A stretch of DNA of 64,000 nt, taken from contig CM119271.1 in assembly GCA_051294375.1 (NCBI GenBank), forward strand, positions 15,320,770 to 15,384,769, read 5' to 3'. Origin of the DNA: Paraspadella gotoi (lineage: Eukaryota > Animalia > Chaetognatha). Of the stretch, positions 12,821-24,197 are shown piece by piece. The notes below the pieces were generated by a model. The model made no database searches. It was not told where the DNA came from and was given only the letters and a program-made list of their open reading frames with translations. Position 1 is the stretch's first letter; every line of letters starts with the position of its first letter. Made by a program: the position numbers and the translations under genes.

Positions 12821-13886
12821 CTTTCCGGACAGCAAGACGACATCCCCATGATGACGTCATGCCTTATGCCTTATCTCCCTCTATATCTCAAAGCGTCAAT
12901 TACGTCCTTTTTTTCTCCTTTCTTTCACTCACTCTCTCCTCCTCTTCCTCCTCCTCCTCCTCCTCCTCCCGCTCCTTCGCCGCACTTTCTCCGCACGTGA
13001 AGACGACGACGACGACGACGACGACGTCGCGGCGGCGAAATCGCGGACAAATCGCGGCGAAATAACGCCACTGGCACGCCCACTCTCTCTCTCTTTCTCT
13101 CCTTCTCTCTCTCTCTCATCTCTCTCTACTCTCCTCCATCTCTCTCTCTCTTCTCTCTCTCTCCTCTTCCTTTCTGCTTTCTCATCCTTCGCTCTTTCCT
13201 TCCAGCACGCTCCTGGCTAAGAAGCATCAGACCACTGTTCTTCTCTCTCTCTCCCTCTCTCGTCTCTTCTCTCCTCTCCTCTCTCCTCTCTCTCTCACTC
13301 ACTCAGCCCGGGCGGGTCAACGTTGAGCCGACCCAGTGCTGAGCCGATGCTCTTGGCCGCAGGACCAAAGGGTCGTCGTCGTCGTTGTCGTCGTCGTCGA
13401 AGCTAATAACATTTTTTTTTTCGAGTTTATTGTTTCTCCTGTTCCACAGTTCGCCTGTTCACTTCTGCCCTTTTTCCTTCTTACAATGCGTCGTTCACCT
13501 TTGGCCCTTTTCCGTCCCCGTCGAAGGGACACGCCTAGTTGCCAAAAGCAAGGCAGCCACGACGACCACAGTTTTGTGGTTACGACCACAGTTTAGTACA
13601 GTTTGGTTTTGGTTTAGTTTTAGTCTGCCCAATACCCACGGATTAGCAAGAGAATGGTACCGTTTTTACTGGTTATTTCAGCTAGTTTCGCCAATTTTCT
13701 CACAACATGTGGTCTCGTCCTCTCCACACTCACAACAGTACTCACCAGTACTCACCACACTCAGCACACTATCCACAACTTTTCCCACCGCTCGCGCTAC
13801 GGGGTTTCTTCCGCTGACCTTCTCTCTCGCTCGCGAGTTTTACGGATAAAACTTGACCTCCGGGGATTTCCATAAGAACAGCAAAA

Positions 13887-13941
<55 letters not shown>

Positions 13942-14443
13942 AAAAAAAGGTTTTGCAGATAAAAAAAAGGCGAAAATCGTCAAATCTTCGTCGTAATCTC
14001 GAATCTGGTCTCAGCCTCTTTTTTTTGTGTCTTTTTATATCTTTTACTGTCCTCTTCGTGTCATTTATTGTCTTTTAGCCTAATTTTCGTGTTTTTTTTT
14101 AATGTCTCTTATTGCAGATTAAATTTTCAAGCTTCTTTGAGTTGTGTTTTCTTTTGTTCATTTGTCTGCACGTTTGTATATTTTTCTAATTCACTTTTGG
14201 TCATTTTACAGAGACGCAACATTCTTCTTGTTTTCGCAGTGGGCACGCCCTACATGCACGCCCTACATTCACGCCCTACATGCAAGAACAAGCAAATAAA
14301 CAATAGGGCGTCGTGACTGTGGTCGACTGTGTTGTTGCTGTTGTATTGAAATTGCTTATTGTTGACACTTCGTGTGTCAGTTTTTAAACGCAATTTTATT
14401 CTAAACGCTCTGCCCTCTCCGCTGATCTTTCTGTCAATTTTAT

Positions 14444-14595
14444 TTCCGGGATTCGTACATTCAGTTCCGGCATTTTCCACTCTATTTCCGGCTTTTCTTC
14501 CTCAATTTCCGGCATTCCCTCTCCATTTCCGCCATTTTATCCTCCATTTTCCGGCATTTCGACCTTCGCTTTCCGGCATTTTCCGCCTCCATCCG
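14444..14595. repeat. Degenerate ~22-bp minisatellite built on TTTCCGGCATT
   Basis: About seven recurrences of ttccgg/ttccgc at regular spacing. Confidence 0.75.
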
Positions 14596-14839
14596 ACTTT
14601 TGACGTTCCGACGTCGATAAACGTTTAAGACGAACGTCGCTTATTTATCGGCGTCGGTCTCTGGCTTCGTCGTCGTCGTCGGCGTCGTCGTCGTTCGGCG
14701 TCGTCGGCGTCGTCGTCATCGTCGTCGTCAGCGGCGTCGTCGTCCGCGACCTTCCCTAATCCCCCCACGCGAAACCGTGACGCCGGCGTCAGACGCAAAC
14801 GCGCGACATTTTCAAAATCGATAAAATGTAAAAGCGGAA

Positions 14840-15100
14840 ATAGCGGCGCTGGGGAGAGCGGGGGGGGGGAATGGTTGGCGCCGGGAAATTTGCGGCGCTG
14901 GGGGAAACACGCAAGGCCGGGGAAAATAAGGGACTGGAAATTATGCGGCGCTGGTCGAAAAATGGAGCGTTGGAAATTCTCGGCGCTTGGGAAAAGAGCG
15001 CGCTAGAAATTTTACGGCGCTCGGCAAAAATGCGGCGCTGGGGGAATTTTAGGCTGGGAAAAAATGCGGGGCGCTGGAAATTTGCAGCGCCAGGGAAAAG
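14840..15100. repeat. Degenerate GC-rich minisatellite built on GCGGCGCTGG(G)AAA
   Basis: More than ten recurrences of ggcgctgg..aaa(tt) at ~17-20 bp spacing. Confidence 0.75.
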
Positions 15101-15522
15101 AATCGACGCCGAGAAAGATTGGCGAGGCAAACGCCACGTCATTTCCCTTAATTGTTAAGTAAAAAGTAAATTTTAAAGAGTAACTGTTGAGAGAAAGATA
15201 TAGAAGCATGTTGAGTGTTGACGCGAAATAGAAAGCGAGAGAGATGAAGGTAGGAAAAAGAGTGATAGATAGGAGAGAAGCGAGAGAGATAGAGAGAGAG
15301 AGAGAGAGGAGAGAGACGGATGAGAGAGAGAGACGAGAGAGAGAGAGAGAGAAGAGAGAGAGGGATAGAGAAGACGAGGGTAGGAAAAAAAGGACGTGAA
15401 AGATAGAGAGGGTTCGCATTTCAACTCGGCATTCCATTGGGAGTTGGAACCGAATACGCGGCTGACCTGAGCCGAAGGTTTTTCCATTCCGGATTTAAGC
15501 CACTGGGATGAAATGCATAGAG

Positions 15523-15592
<70 letters not shown>

Positions 15593-15724
15593 AGAGATGA
15601 ATGCACCGTGCTGTTACAGGATTTCAGCGCGTAAAATATGAAAAAAAAAATAAAAAGAGAATTAGGAGAAAGAGAGAGAGAGATAGAAAAAGATAACAGA
15701 GAAAATGGGGAGATGAGAGGGAGG

Positions 15725-15766
<42 letters not shown>

Positions 15767-16509
15767 AGAGAAGAGAGAGAAGGAGAGAGGAGAGAGAGAG
15801 ATATTGTTAAGAAAAGATTAAAAGCAAATTTTAAAGGGTATGAGAAAATCCTGTCCCGAGATTGAACGCGGAGCAAAGGCGGAACAAAAGAGGCGGACAA
15901 AGGCGGTTATTTTTTCCGTTGCGTCTTCTTAATCCGGCTTACGGCAAGCCGCCGCCGCCGCCGCCGCCGCCGCCGCCCGCCGCGCGGTCTCGTCACCCAT
16001 TTTTTTTGATCAACTTTTTTTTGAGCGTAACGTGATGTTTTTGAGATTTGCAGTCGTCCCGAAAAAATAGGAAGTTGCAGTCCACTTTTATATTGCAAGC
16101 GCGAGTCTTAGATAGGAAAAAAAGAGTTTGCCCTCAATTTAAGAGAAGTAAGGTTAGCAGACAAACGTATTTGAATAATTAAGGAGATTTTTTTTTTTTC
16201 TTCTCTCAAAAAGATCGAGTCATTTCTCCGAATTCGACGGACAAAGAAAAGGCGAATTCACAATACGCGTAATCACTTAATCACAGAATTCCGAAGTTTC
16301 GAATCCGTGATTCGCCATTAATTCCTCTTAGTTTTCACAATCGGCTGAATTTAAAACTTCCTGCTTTCACATCCGGGATATCTTGGAGGAATCAGTTTTT
16401 TTAAATCGGCGAAAATTTTCGACTAACGATTACCAAATTTGCGTCAAAAGAAAATAGTACATATAATAGAATATCCGGCCAATTGCGGCCATTGGGAGGC
16501 CAGAATACA

Positions 16510-16710
16510 GAAAATATACAATTGAAACATTCTTTTAAATATTATACCACTTCATTGATAGGGAAGCCAGGTACTCTGGGAGTGAATAAACGAGACTGTG
16601 AGAGAGTCTTGATTGAAAGCTTGCAGGGACCTGCAATGTCATTATCTTGTAAGAGTGATGGAGGCCTTAAATCACCAAAGCCTGTCCAAAGTCTAGGGCA
16701 AGATAGCTTA
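16510..16710 (+). mobile_element. Dispersed SINE-like repeat (family 2), copy 1
   Basis: ccacttcattgatag...gcagggacctgc...gatggaggccttaaatcaccaaagcctgtccaaag; reverse-complement copies at 30501-30606 and 55339-55535. Orientation is relative. Confidence 0.8.
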
Positions 16711-17560
16711 TTTATTAAATGCACGGATAATTTTATAATGGTTTTACTAATTTCATAACATAAAAGATATATCAAGTCAATGATATATGATATATATCAT
16801 CGCCAGAAGGACTTTGGGATCGCGTAGTAGTCAGCCATCAATTCCTACAACATAAATGTCACAGTCAACTCCAGCAAAGTCAACTCCAGCAAAGTCACGT
16901 CGGCGTCAACAACATTTTTCCCGCAATCGAATTTCGCCGCCAAATTCGACGCCGCAATGACGCGACGACGACGACGACGACGTCAAAGATAAGAGTCTTT
17001 CAAACGCCTCTTCAAAAAAGAAAAAATAAAAATCCCTAAAATAAAAATAGAAAATTTCCAACTTCCGCATTTAAACCGAAATCCTAAATCCTAACCCTAA
17101 AAACTCCCTCGTTTCTTGACTACCTCATGGAACCCTCTATTGCTAACCTTCTCTCTAACTGCCTATCTCTAACACTCCCCTACTCTAACCTCCCCAACTC
17201 AAACCCCCCCTTCCTGGAAAAGTCGCGATTCTGTTTGCATAACTCGTCTCTTCTGAGAGAAAAAGAAGAGAATGGAACTTTGTTAGCATATTAAATCTGC
17301 GCTCGCATTTCCGGTTGGAGAAAGACGCCACTCTTTTGTTTGCATGTATGAGAAATCTTTTGAGCGTATCTGTGGCTACAAAAATATTTTATGAAGTATT
17401 GTATATTAAGAAATAGTCAAAATAGTAATACTTTGTTAAAAGAGTACAAAGTATGAAGTTAATCCCTTAAAACAAAACAAAAAATTAAGTTTCTCTTTAA
17501 ACTTTGATTGAACCTTTTTTAACCATCAAATATATTTCTTTATAAAAAAAAAGGCACAGC

Positions 17561-17871
17561 TTTGTTCGCATGTATTAAAAATCCTTTTGATCGCATCTTT
17601 CTTCTCCCAAAGACGCAAATTTTGTTCGCATGTATTAAAAATCCTTTTGATCGCATCTTCCTTCTCCCAAAGACGCAAATTTTGTTCCCATGTATTAAAA
17701 ATCCTTTTGATCGCATCTTTCTTCTCCCAAAGACGCAAATTTTGTTCGCATGTATTAAAAATCCTTTTGATCGCATCTTCCTTCTCCCAAAGACGCAAAT
17801 TTTGTTCCCATGTATTAAAAATCCTTTTGATCGCATCTTTCTTCTCCCAAAGACGCAAACTTTGTTTCCAT
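17561..17871. repeat. 60-bp tandem repeat x5 with 120-bp higher-order alternation
   Basis: Unit tttgttc(g/c)catgtattaaaaatccttttgatcgcatctt(t/c)cttctcccaaagacgcaaat; degenerate units upstream at ~17230-17370. Confidence 0.97.
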
Positions 17872-17966
17872 AATCGAGAGAATCTGTCATATTTTCGTCG
17901 CTTTTACGCGGCTAAGCGGATTTCGAAGAGAAGGGGGGGGGGCGAGGGGGATGGATGGAGGGAAGG

Positions 17967-18013
<47 letters not shown>

Positions 18014-18976
18014 GAGAAAGAGGGAAAGAAGCGAGATTCGAATCTCTTCATATTTTTATGTCCCCGATTTTTATTCTTTTTTCTTTTTGTTTTCTTTACT
18101 TTGTAATATTTGTTTTAATATTGTTTAGAGTTGTATGATCGGATCAACGTACATATTACATCTTATTTTACTAACTCTTTCACTAAATTTCATTAACTAT
18201 ATACACATATTGCTATTTTCTTTCCCTCAGGATCTCTCTCTCTCTACCTCTCACTCTCTCTGTCTCTCTTTCCCTCATCATAGATGCGCCGGAGATGCTC
18301 TGATTCCGAAATGCGAGAAAGAATTTCCAAGAAATGGCGTTTCCATTTCTCTCTCTCTCGCTCTCTCTCTCGCTCTCTCTCTCTCTCTTCCAATTTTTTT
18401 TCTTCCTGCCAAAAATCTCTTTTTCTTTTCCGAGATTTGACTTTTGCTCTTTTCTTTTTTCTCTCCTTCCTCATTCATTCTTCTATCCTCCCTTCCTTCC
18501 TTCCTTCCTTCCTTCCTTCCTTCCTTCCTTCCTTCCTTCCTTCCTTCCTTCCTTCATTTTTCCTTTCTTCCCTGCAAACCCCATTCCTCCTCCTCCTCCT
18601 CCTCCTCCTCCATCCGAATTTCCTCCACGTCTTCCTCCAGATATGACCTGGACCAAAACTAGACGAAGATCCAAGATTCTTATTTTTTTTCCGTCACAAA
18701 GAAACTTCGCTGTATCACGTCGTTTCAGATCCGAGGTACATATTTAATTTTATTTATTTAATTTATTTAATTTTATTTATTTTAATGAATCTCCTTTTAC
18801 CATAGTTTATTGTAAAAATGAGATTATTGGTAATAAGTAACTTCGATTAGTGAATTGCAAGCGGACTATAATTTGTGTTCTTATATAAATATTACTGGCT
18901 GAATGTAAGGGCCCGGATTATTAAATGCAAAGATTGAATAAAATGAATATCTATCCTTAGGGGAAATTAGCGTTAC

Positions 18977-19090
18977 ACCCGTATGTAACTGAAAAAAGTG
19001 CGAGGCACCCGTATGCAACAGAAAAAAGGGCAAGGTACCCGTATGTAACTGAAAAGGGGCGCGGTACCCGTATGTAAATGGAAAAGGGTG
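18977..19090. repeat. 30-bp tandem repeat x4
   Basis: acccgtatgtaactgaaaaaagtgcgaggc-like units at 18977, 19007, 19037 and 19066. Confidence 0.9.
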
Positions 19091-19460
19091 AGGTTCGCAC
19101 TCTCTCGTCAAAATCCTCGTCTCTCGAACGAAAAACTGGAGCCAAAATTTTTGCCAGTTTTTTTTAATTTTTTTTTATTTTGAGCGACANNNNNNNNNNN
19201 NNNNNNNNNNNNNNNNNNNNNNNNNNNNNNNNNNNNNNNNNNNNNNNNNNNNNNNNNNNNNNNNNNNNNNNNNNNNNNNNNNNNNNNNNNNNNNNNNNNN
19301 NNNNNNNNNNNNNNNNNNNNNNNNNNNNNNNNNNNNNNNNNNNNNNNNNNNNNNNNNNNNNNNNNNNNNNNNNNNNNNNNNNNNNNNNNNNNNNNNNNNN
19401 NNNNNNNNNNNNNNNNNNNNNNNNNNNNNNNNNNNNNNNNNNNNNNNNNNNNNNNNNNNN

Positions 19461-19493
<33 letters not shown>

Positions 19494-19700
19494 TCGACTT
19501 AAAATGGCCGCCAAGCATCGTAGTCACGCTTGGGTGCGAAGCGGAACCGAATGTAGATTTGTCGGTCAGATATCTCTCGTTGTCGGGTCGATGGGGATTT
19601 AAAAGTCGGTAAGAAGTTTGGAAGATGGCCTAATCTATTATGTAAATGGATTAAATTGTTATTTTTAACGCGATTTTTTTTTTTTATTAATTTTGTTTAT

Positions 19701-19753
19701 ACACTGAAGAAGAATAGAACTATTGTTCGATACATTGTCTGCTTAATAATAAA
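19701..19753 (+). ncRNA. Degenerate minimal type I hammerhead-like motif (Penelope pLTR-like remnant)
   Basis: aca-CTGAAGA-ag-aatag-aa-ctatt-gttc-GATA-c-att-GTC-tg, followed by AATAAA (19748-19753); the GAAA core reads GATA. Confidence 0.35.
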
Positions 19754-19969
19754 TTTCGTGGCGTTAATCAAAGAATTTTTCTGCTAATTTAAACCACCAA
19801 CAAAAAGAAAGGAAAACCAACATTCTTTGGAGATATAATTTAACTAATATTAATAAAAAAGTAACAATTTATTAAAAAATTATGAAATTAATTCGCTATT
19901 AACTTTTTTTCCCTCTTATTATTTCGCATTAAATACAAACAGATTGTCGCTGGTCAGTTATAATTGCAT

Positions 19970-20011
<42 letters not shown>

Positions 20012-20048
20012 TGACAATATGAATTTCGCATGGACAAGCGAAAACAAC

Positions 20049-20094
<46 letters not shown>

Positions 20095-21090
20095 CACACA
20101 CACAAAATAACCTCGAGGAGCCCGTCCTTCCGTTTTTTTACCAGCAGCGATTTGACACTAGTATGCAAATGAGATTATAGGATTCTCTGGTAGAGAATAA
20201 AGAAAATCCTCTCAGCCAGAGAATATGAATTCCGAGAACAAATCCTTTGAAAAGAAAAAAGAAAGAAAAAAACTTTTTTTAATCTGTTCCTTCGAAGCTG
20301 TTATTTCTCTCTCTCTCTCNNNNNNNNNNNNNNNNNNNNNNNNNNNNNNNNNNNNNNNNNNNNNNNNNNNNNNNNNNNNNNNNNNNNNNNNNNNNNNNNN
20401 NNNNNNNNNNNNNNNNNNNNNNNNNNNNNNNNNNNNNCTCTCTCTCTCTTTCCTTGCGATCGGATATATTAAAATCTTTTTCTTAGCTCAACCTTGGAAA
20501 GATCGTTCATGCATAACAAATTAGATTTCTCGAGAAATAACGACTTTTTTTCACTAAACGAGGGAAAAAATTACAGTTTTTCGTACACATTTTTTTTTCA
20601 AGATTTGATCTTAATTTTTTCGTGAATTTTCTTCACAAATGTTTTGGTGTAAATTTGTAGTTTCAGTAGAGAAACCAACTATCGAACCATAGCGATCTTG
20701 TAAGAGAGATGGAGGTATTAACGCACAATAACCTGTCTATATTCAGAAGGTAATATAGCTTGTTTAATGTTTAATTGTTTATTGTTGCAGAACTCCCAAA
20801 AAAATTTCAAAAATATTCAAACACTAGACAAAAAGCATTCATTAAACTTTTTTTTCAGTTAAAAATTTCCCGAAGAAAATAACAGCGCTCGCGGCATTAA
20901 ATACAGAAACGTCATCCCCGACACAGTAGCATCTATTATATCAGCAGCAGTATCAACTACAGCGGCAGCATCAACTACAGCGGCAGCCCACAACAGCAGC
21001 CGCGTTCTCACTTTTGGCAAAAATCATTCATCGAGACAAAAGCGATCGATCATTGTCATCATCCACTTCATCATGGGTGATCATCACTCC

Positions 21091-21216
<126 letters not shown>

Positions 21217-21224
21217 AAACTCAC

Positions 21225-21423
21225 GTCATAATGATGTTGCGTCGCCGATGCCATGGGCAAGAGCGAGTTGTCGACGGCAGATCCCATTGCGCCCATGGAC
21301 GACCCCATGGAGGCGCCCATAGAGGCGCCCATTGAGGCGCCCATGGAGGTGAGACCGGCGGCGATGTAGGAGACGGAGGAAGCGAGGGAGGAAAGGGCGG
21401 ATCCGGCGTGGGGCGCCATCATG
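21225..21423 (-). CDS. Internal exon D of the minus-strand TF-like gene (phase 2 to 0)
   Basis: ctctctccAG acceptor and GAC|GTGAGT donor; MMAPHAGSALSSLASSVSYIAAGLTSMGASMGASMGASMGSSMGAMGSAVDNSLLPMASATQHHYD; in phase with exon C. Confidence 0.8.
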
Positions 21424-21917
21424 CTGGAGAGAGGGAGGGAGAGATGGAGAGAGGGAGGGAAGAGAGAGAGGGGGGAGTGAGGGAGATAAAGAGGAAAGGA
21501 TGGAAAGGCGGAAGAAAGGGAGGAATAAGGGGAGGAAAGGAAAGAAAGGAAAACGAGGAGAGAAATAAAGGAATTAATTTCTAATAAAATTGATGACGAT
21601 GATGAAATTGTGGATTTTCAATTTTTATCACATTTTTTCGACTCGATTTTGAGCGCCATTTTAGACGCCATTTTTTTTCTTAACTCTTTCCTTTTACTCC
21701 TTTTTTTCCTTTCAATAGTTTCTTTTCTTCCTTCTCTTCCTCTCATCTCCCTCTCTCTTTCTCCTCCTTAATTTTTTTAAAAAAATGTTTTTCTTCGCCT
21801 CTCTCCAAAAATATCTTTGACGTAAAAACAGAAAACAGTTTTTTGTTTTCTTTTTCGCCAAAACAAAAACAAACAGAAGCGAAGGAGCGTGAACGATTCC
21901 TTTTCTGTTTTGGGAGA

Positions 21918-22023
<106 letters not shown>

Positions 22024-22174
22024 TAGAGAGAGAAAGAGAGAGAGCGGTTTTAATCTTTGTTCTTTAAAAAAACACGAACACAAAGAGCCAGTTTCTAATA
22101 AAAATAATATTATTAATATTTTTTTTCAAAAATTGCGAGTAGGAGATTAAGGTCGACGGATTTCTGCTTCTTAC

Positions 22175-22314
22175 GACGACAGATGGAAAGAGCAACGCCG
22201 GGCCGGCAAAGTCGGCAAGGTCGGCAAGGTCGGCAAAGTCGGTAAGGTCGGCAACGCCGCTCCGCAGATACGACCCCATGCGTCGTCGATGTCGTCGACG
22301 CCAAATGACGCCAT
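22175..22314 (-). CDS. Candidate alternative first coding exon
   Basis: ATG at 22314, MASFGVDDIDDAWGRICGAALPTLPTLPTLPTLPTLPARRCSFHLS, then a TC|GTAAG donor in phase 2 that matches exon D; no AG acceptor after the upstream pyrimidine tract. Confidence 0.4.
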
Positions 22315-23164
22315 TGATGGATCGCCCGCCGCCGCCGCCGCCGCCGCCGCGGAGCCGGTCAGATCAACATCCAATGCAAAACGAATGTTTGCATTTTTGC
22401 CCGCGAGTGAGAGAAGAGGGGGAGGAGAAGGGGAGGAAGGGGGAGGAGTAGGAAGAAGGGGAAGGAGTAAGGGGAGGAAGAGGGGAAGGGAGGAAGAGAA
22501 GGGGAGGAGGAAGGGGGAGGCGGAGAAGGGGAAGAAGAGGAAGGGAGGAAGAAAGGAAGGAAAGGAGAGGGAAAGAGAAGATAGAGAGAGAAATTCAAAA
22601 AGAGTGCGATTAGAAAAAAGAAAGGAAATAGAAAAAGGAAAACAAAAAAAATGAACTTTTAAGAAAAGAAAAGAGAAAGAGAAGATAGAGAGGGAGACGT
22701 CGGAAGAAAAGAGAAAAGATAAGAACCAAACCGATTTCAAATCAAAGCAGCTTAACTTCTTTTCTCCCCTCCCCGTCTTCCCCCCCTTTAAACCACCTAA
22801 TTCTCCCCCCCCCCTTTATCCACCTCTCTCTCCACAACCACCAAGCACCGACCGAATACACGAAGTTCATTTTGGCAGCGAATAAATCGACGCCCGAACG
22901 TCTCTGTCTCTGTCGCGCCTTCGATCGAGAGGGAGAGAGAGAGAGCGGGAGTGGGAGGAGTAGAGGGAGGACCCGATCGCGCGTAATTCATTCTCGACGA
23001 GTGCCGGGGGAGATTGTGAGGGAGGATGCGGGACCCGATCGCGCATAATTCATTCTGGTCGGGATCGCGCGGGGCCTGATCCCTCATAACGCAGTCACGT
23101 CCTTCGGCCGCGCGAGTCGAGGATGGAAATGAGATCAAAGGCGATTTAGAAGAGGAGAGAGAAG

Positions 23165-23222
<58 letters not shown>

Positions 23223-23340
23223 AGAGGACCCAAGAGAACCGAATTTTCAGAATAATCGGAGCCAGAATAACAATTTCCAGCCAAAGGGGAGAGGCAAATA
23301 TTTGCTGCCCCGAATTTGTTTTTGTTTGGATCCCCCCTTT

Positions 23341-23379
<39 letters not shown>

Positions 23380-24001
23380 CTCTCCTCTCTCTCTCTCTCT
23401 TGCTCTTTCTCTCTCTCTAGTCTCTGCCTCTCTCTCTCTCTACAGCAGTCTCTCTTCTCTTCTCTCTGTCCGCTTCGGTCCCCCCAGCGTCCCAGACCCC
23501 GCGCCCCTCTTCGACCCTCCATTGCACCTCGTTCGTCCTCTTCATCCTCTTCACTTCGATCGTCCTCTACTCTCCTCGACGGTTCCCAACTCTATTTCTC
23601 ATCCGTCTACTCTCTCCCTCGTTCCTCCAGTCTTCGAATGAAATTATGGAAATGGGGGGAACAAATCGGGGAAGCGAGAGCCCGCAAGGCAGAGAAAGAC
23701 AGAGAGAGAGTCAAGTATTTTTTTTCTCTCTCTCTCTCTCTTCGTTTGTTAGATTTTTAATATTCAAAGCAAATAAGATTTTGGCTTATTATGCTGGCGA
23801 CTTTTTTTTTCGTGTTTTTACTACAATGAATTTCGACGAATAAGAAGATTGTGGATCTATTCTTTTTTTTCTTTTTTTTTTTTGCGTGCGACTTGTTTAA
23901 CCCGAATTATTCTAAATTAAGTTGAATTACACAAGTAAGTTTGGCCACTGGCCCGAAAAGTGAATTATGATTGGATGATAGCCTTTTTTGTGATAATAAT
24001 G

Positions 24002-24197
24002 AAGACTTATGGTGGACTAAAATCCACCACCCGTTCATCGACGGCCATTGGTGCCGTAGGCAAGTCATTCGCCTCCCAACCCAAAGGTCCGGGGTTCTAG
24101 CCCGGTGGCCGCCTAGCAGTTAAGAGGGACGGGGCGCTTAACCCGCCTGTAACACGGTGTTACAGCCTGATCCGAAGCTCAGGGACTGAATATTGAA
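24002..24197 (+). mobile_element. tRNA-Gly-derived SINE-like element carrying a twister-like ribozyme (family 1), copy 1
   Basis: Head ggccattggtgccgtaggcaagtcattcgcctCCCaacccaaaggtccggggttctagcccggtggcc (24043-24110) with A-box-like, CCC anticodon-arm-like and B-box-like parts, and ends that pair. Homologous copy on the minus strand at 50796-51014. Confidence 0.8.
24115..24190 (+). ncRNA. Twister ribozyme, type P5 permutation (predicted)
   Basis: cagt(P5)-taag-agg(P2')-GA-CGGG(T1)-gcgct-T^AA-ccc(P2)-GC(T2)-ctgtaaca/tgttacag(P3)-cctga(P4)-TCCG(T1)-AA-GC(T2)-tcagg(P4')-g-actg(P5'); predicted cleavage between 24139 and 24140. Confidence 0.75.

Noticed and set aside
13317-13410. TTTTTLW resembling a GATA zinc finger
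   Set aside because: Produced by an (ACG)n microsatellite; no flanking CxxC motifs.
24043-24110. Functional tRNA-Gly gene
   Set aside because: The anticodon stem and T-loop are degenerate, there is no terminator, and it is embedded in a dispersed repeat.
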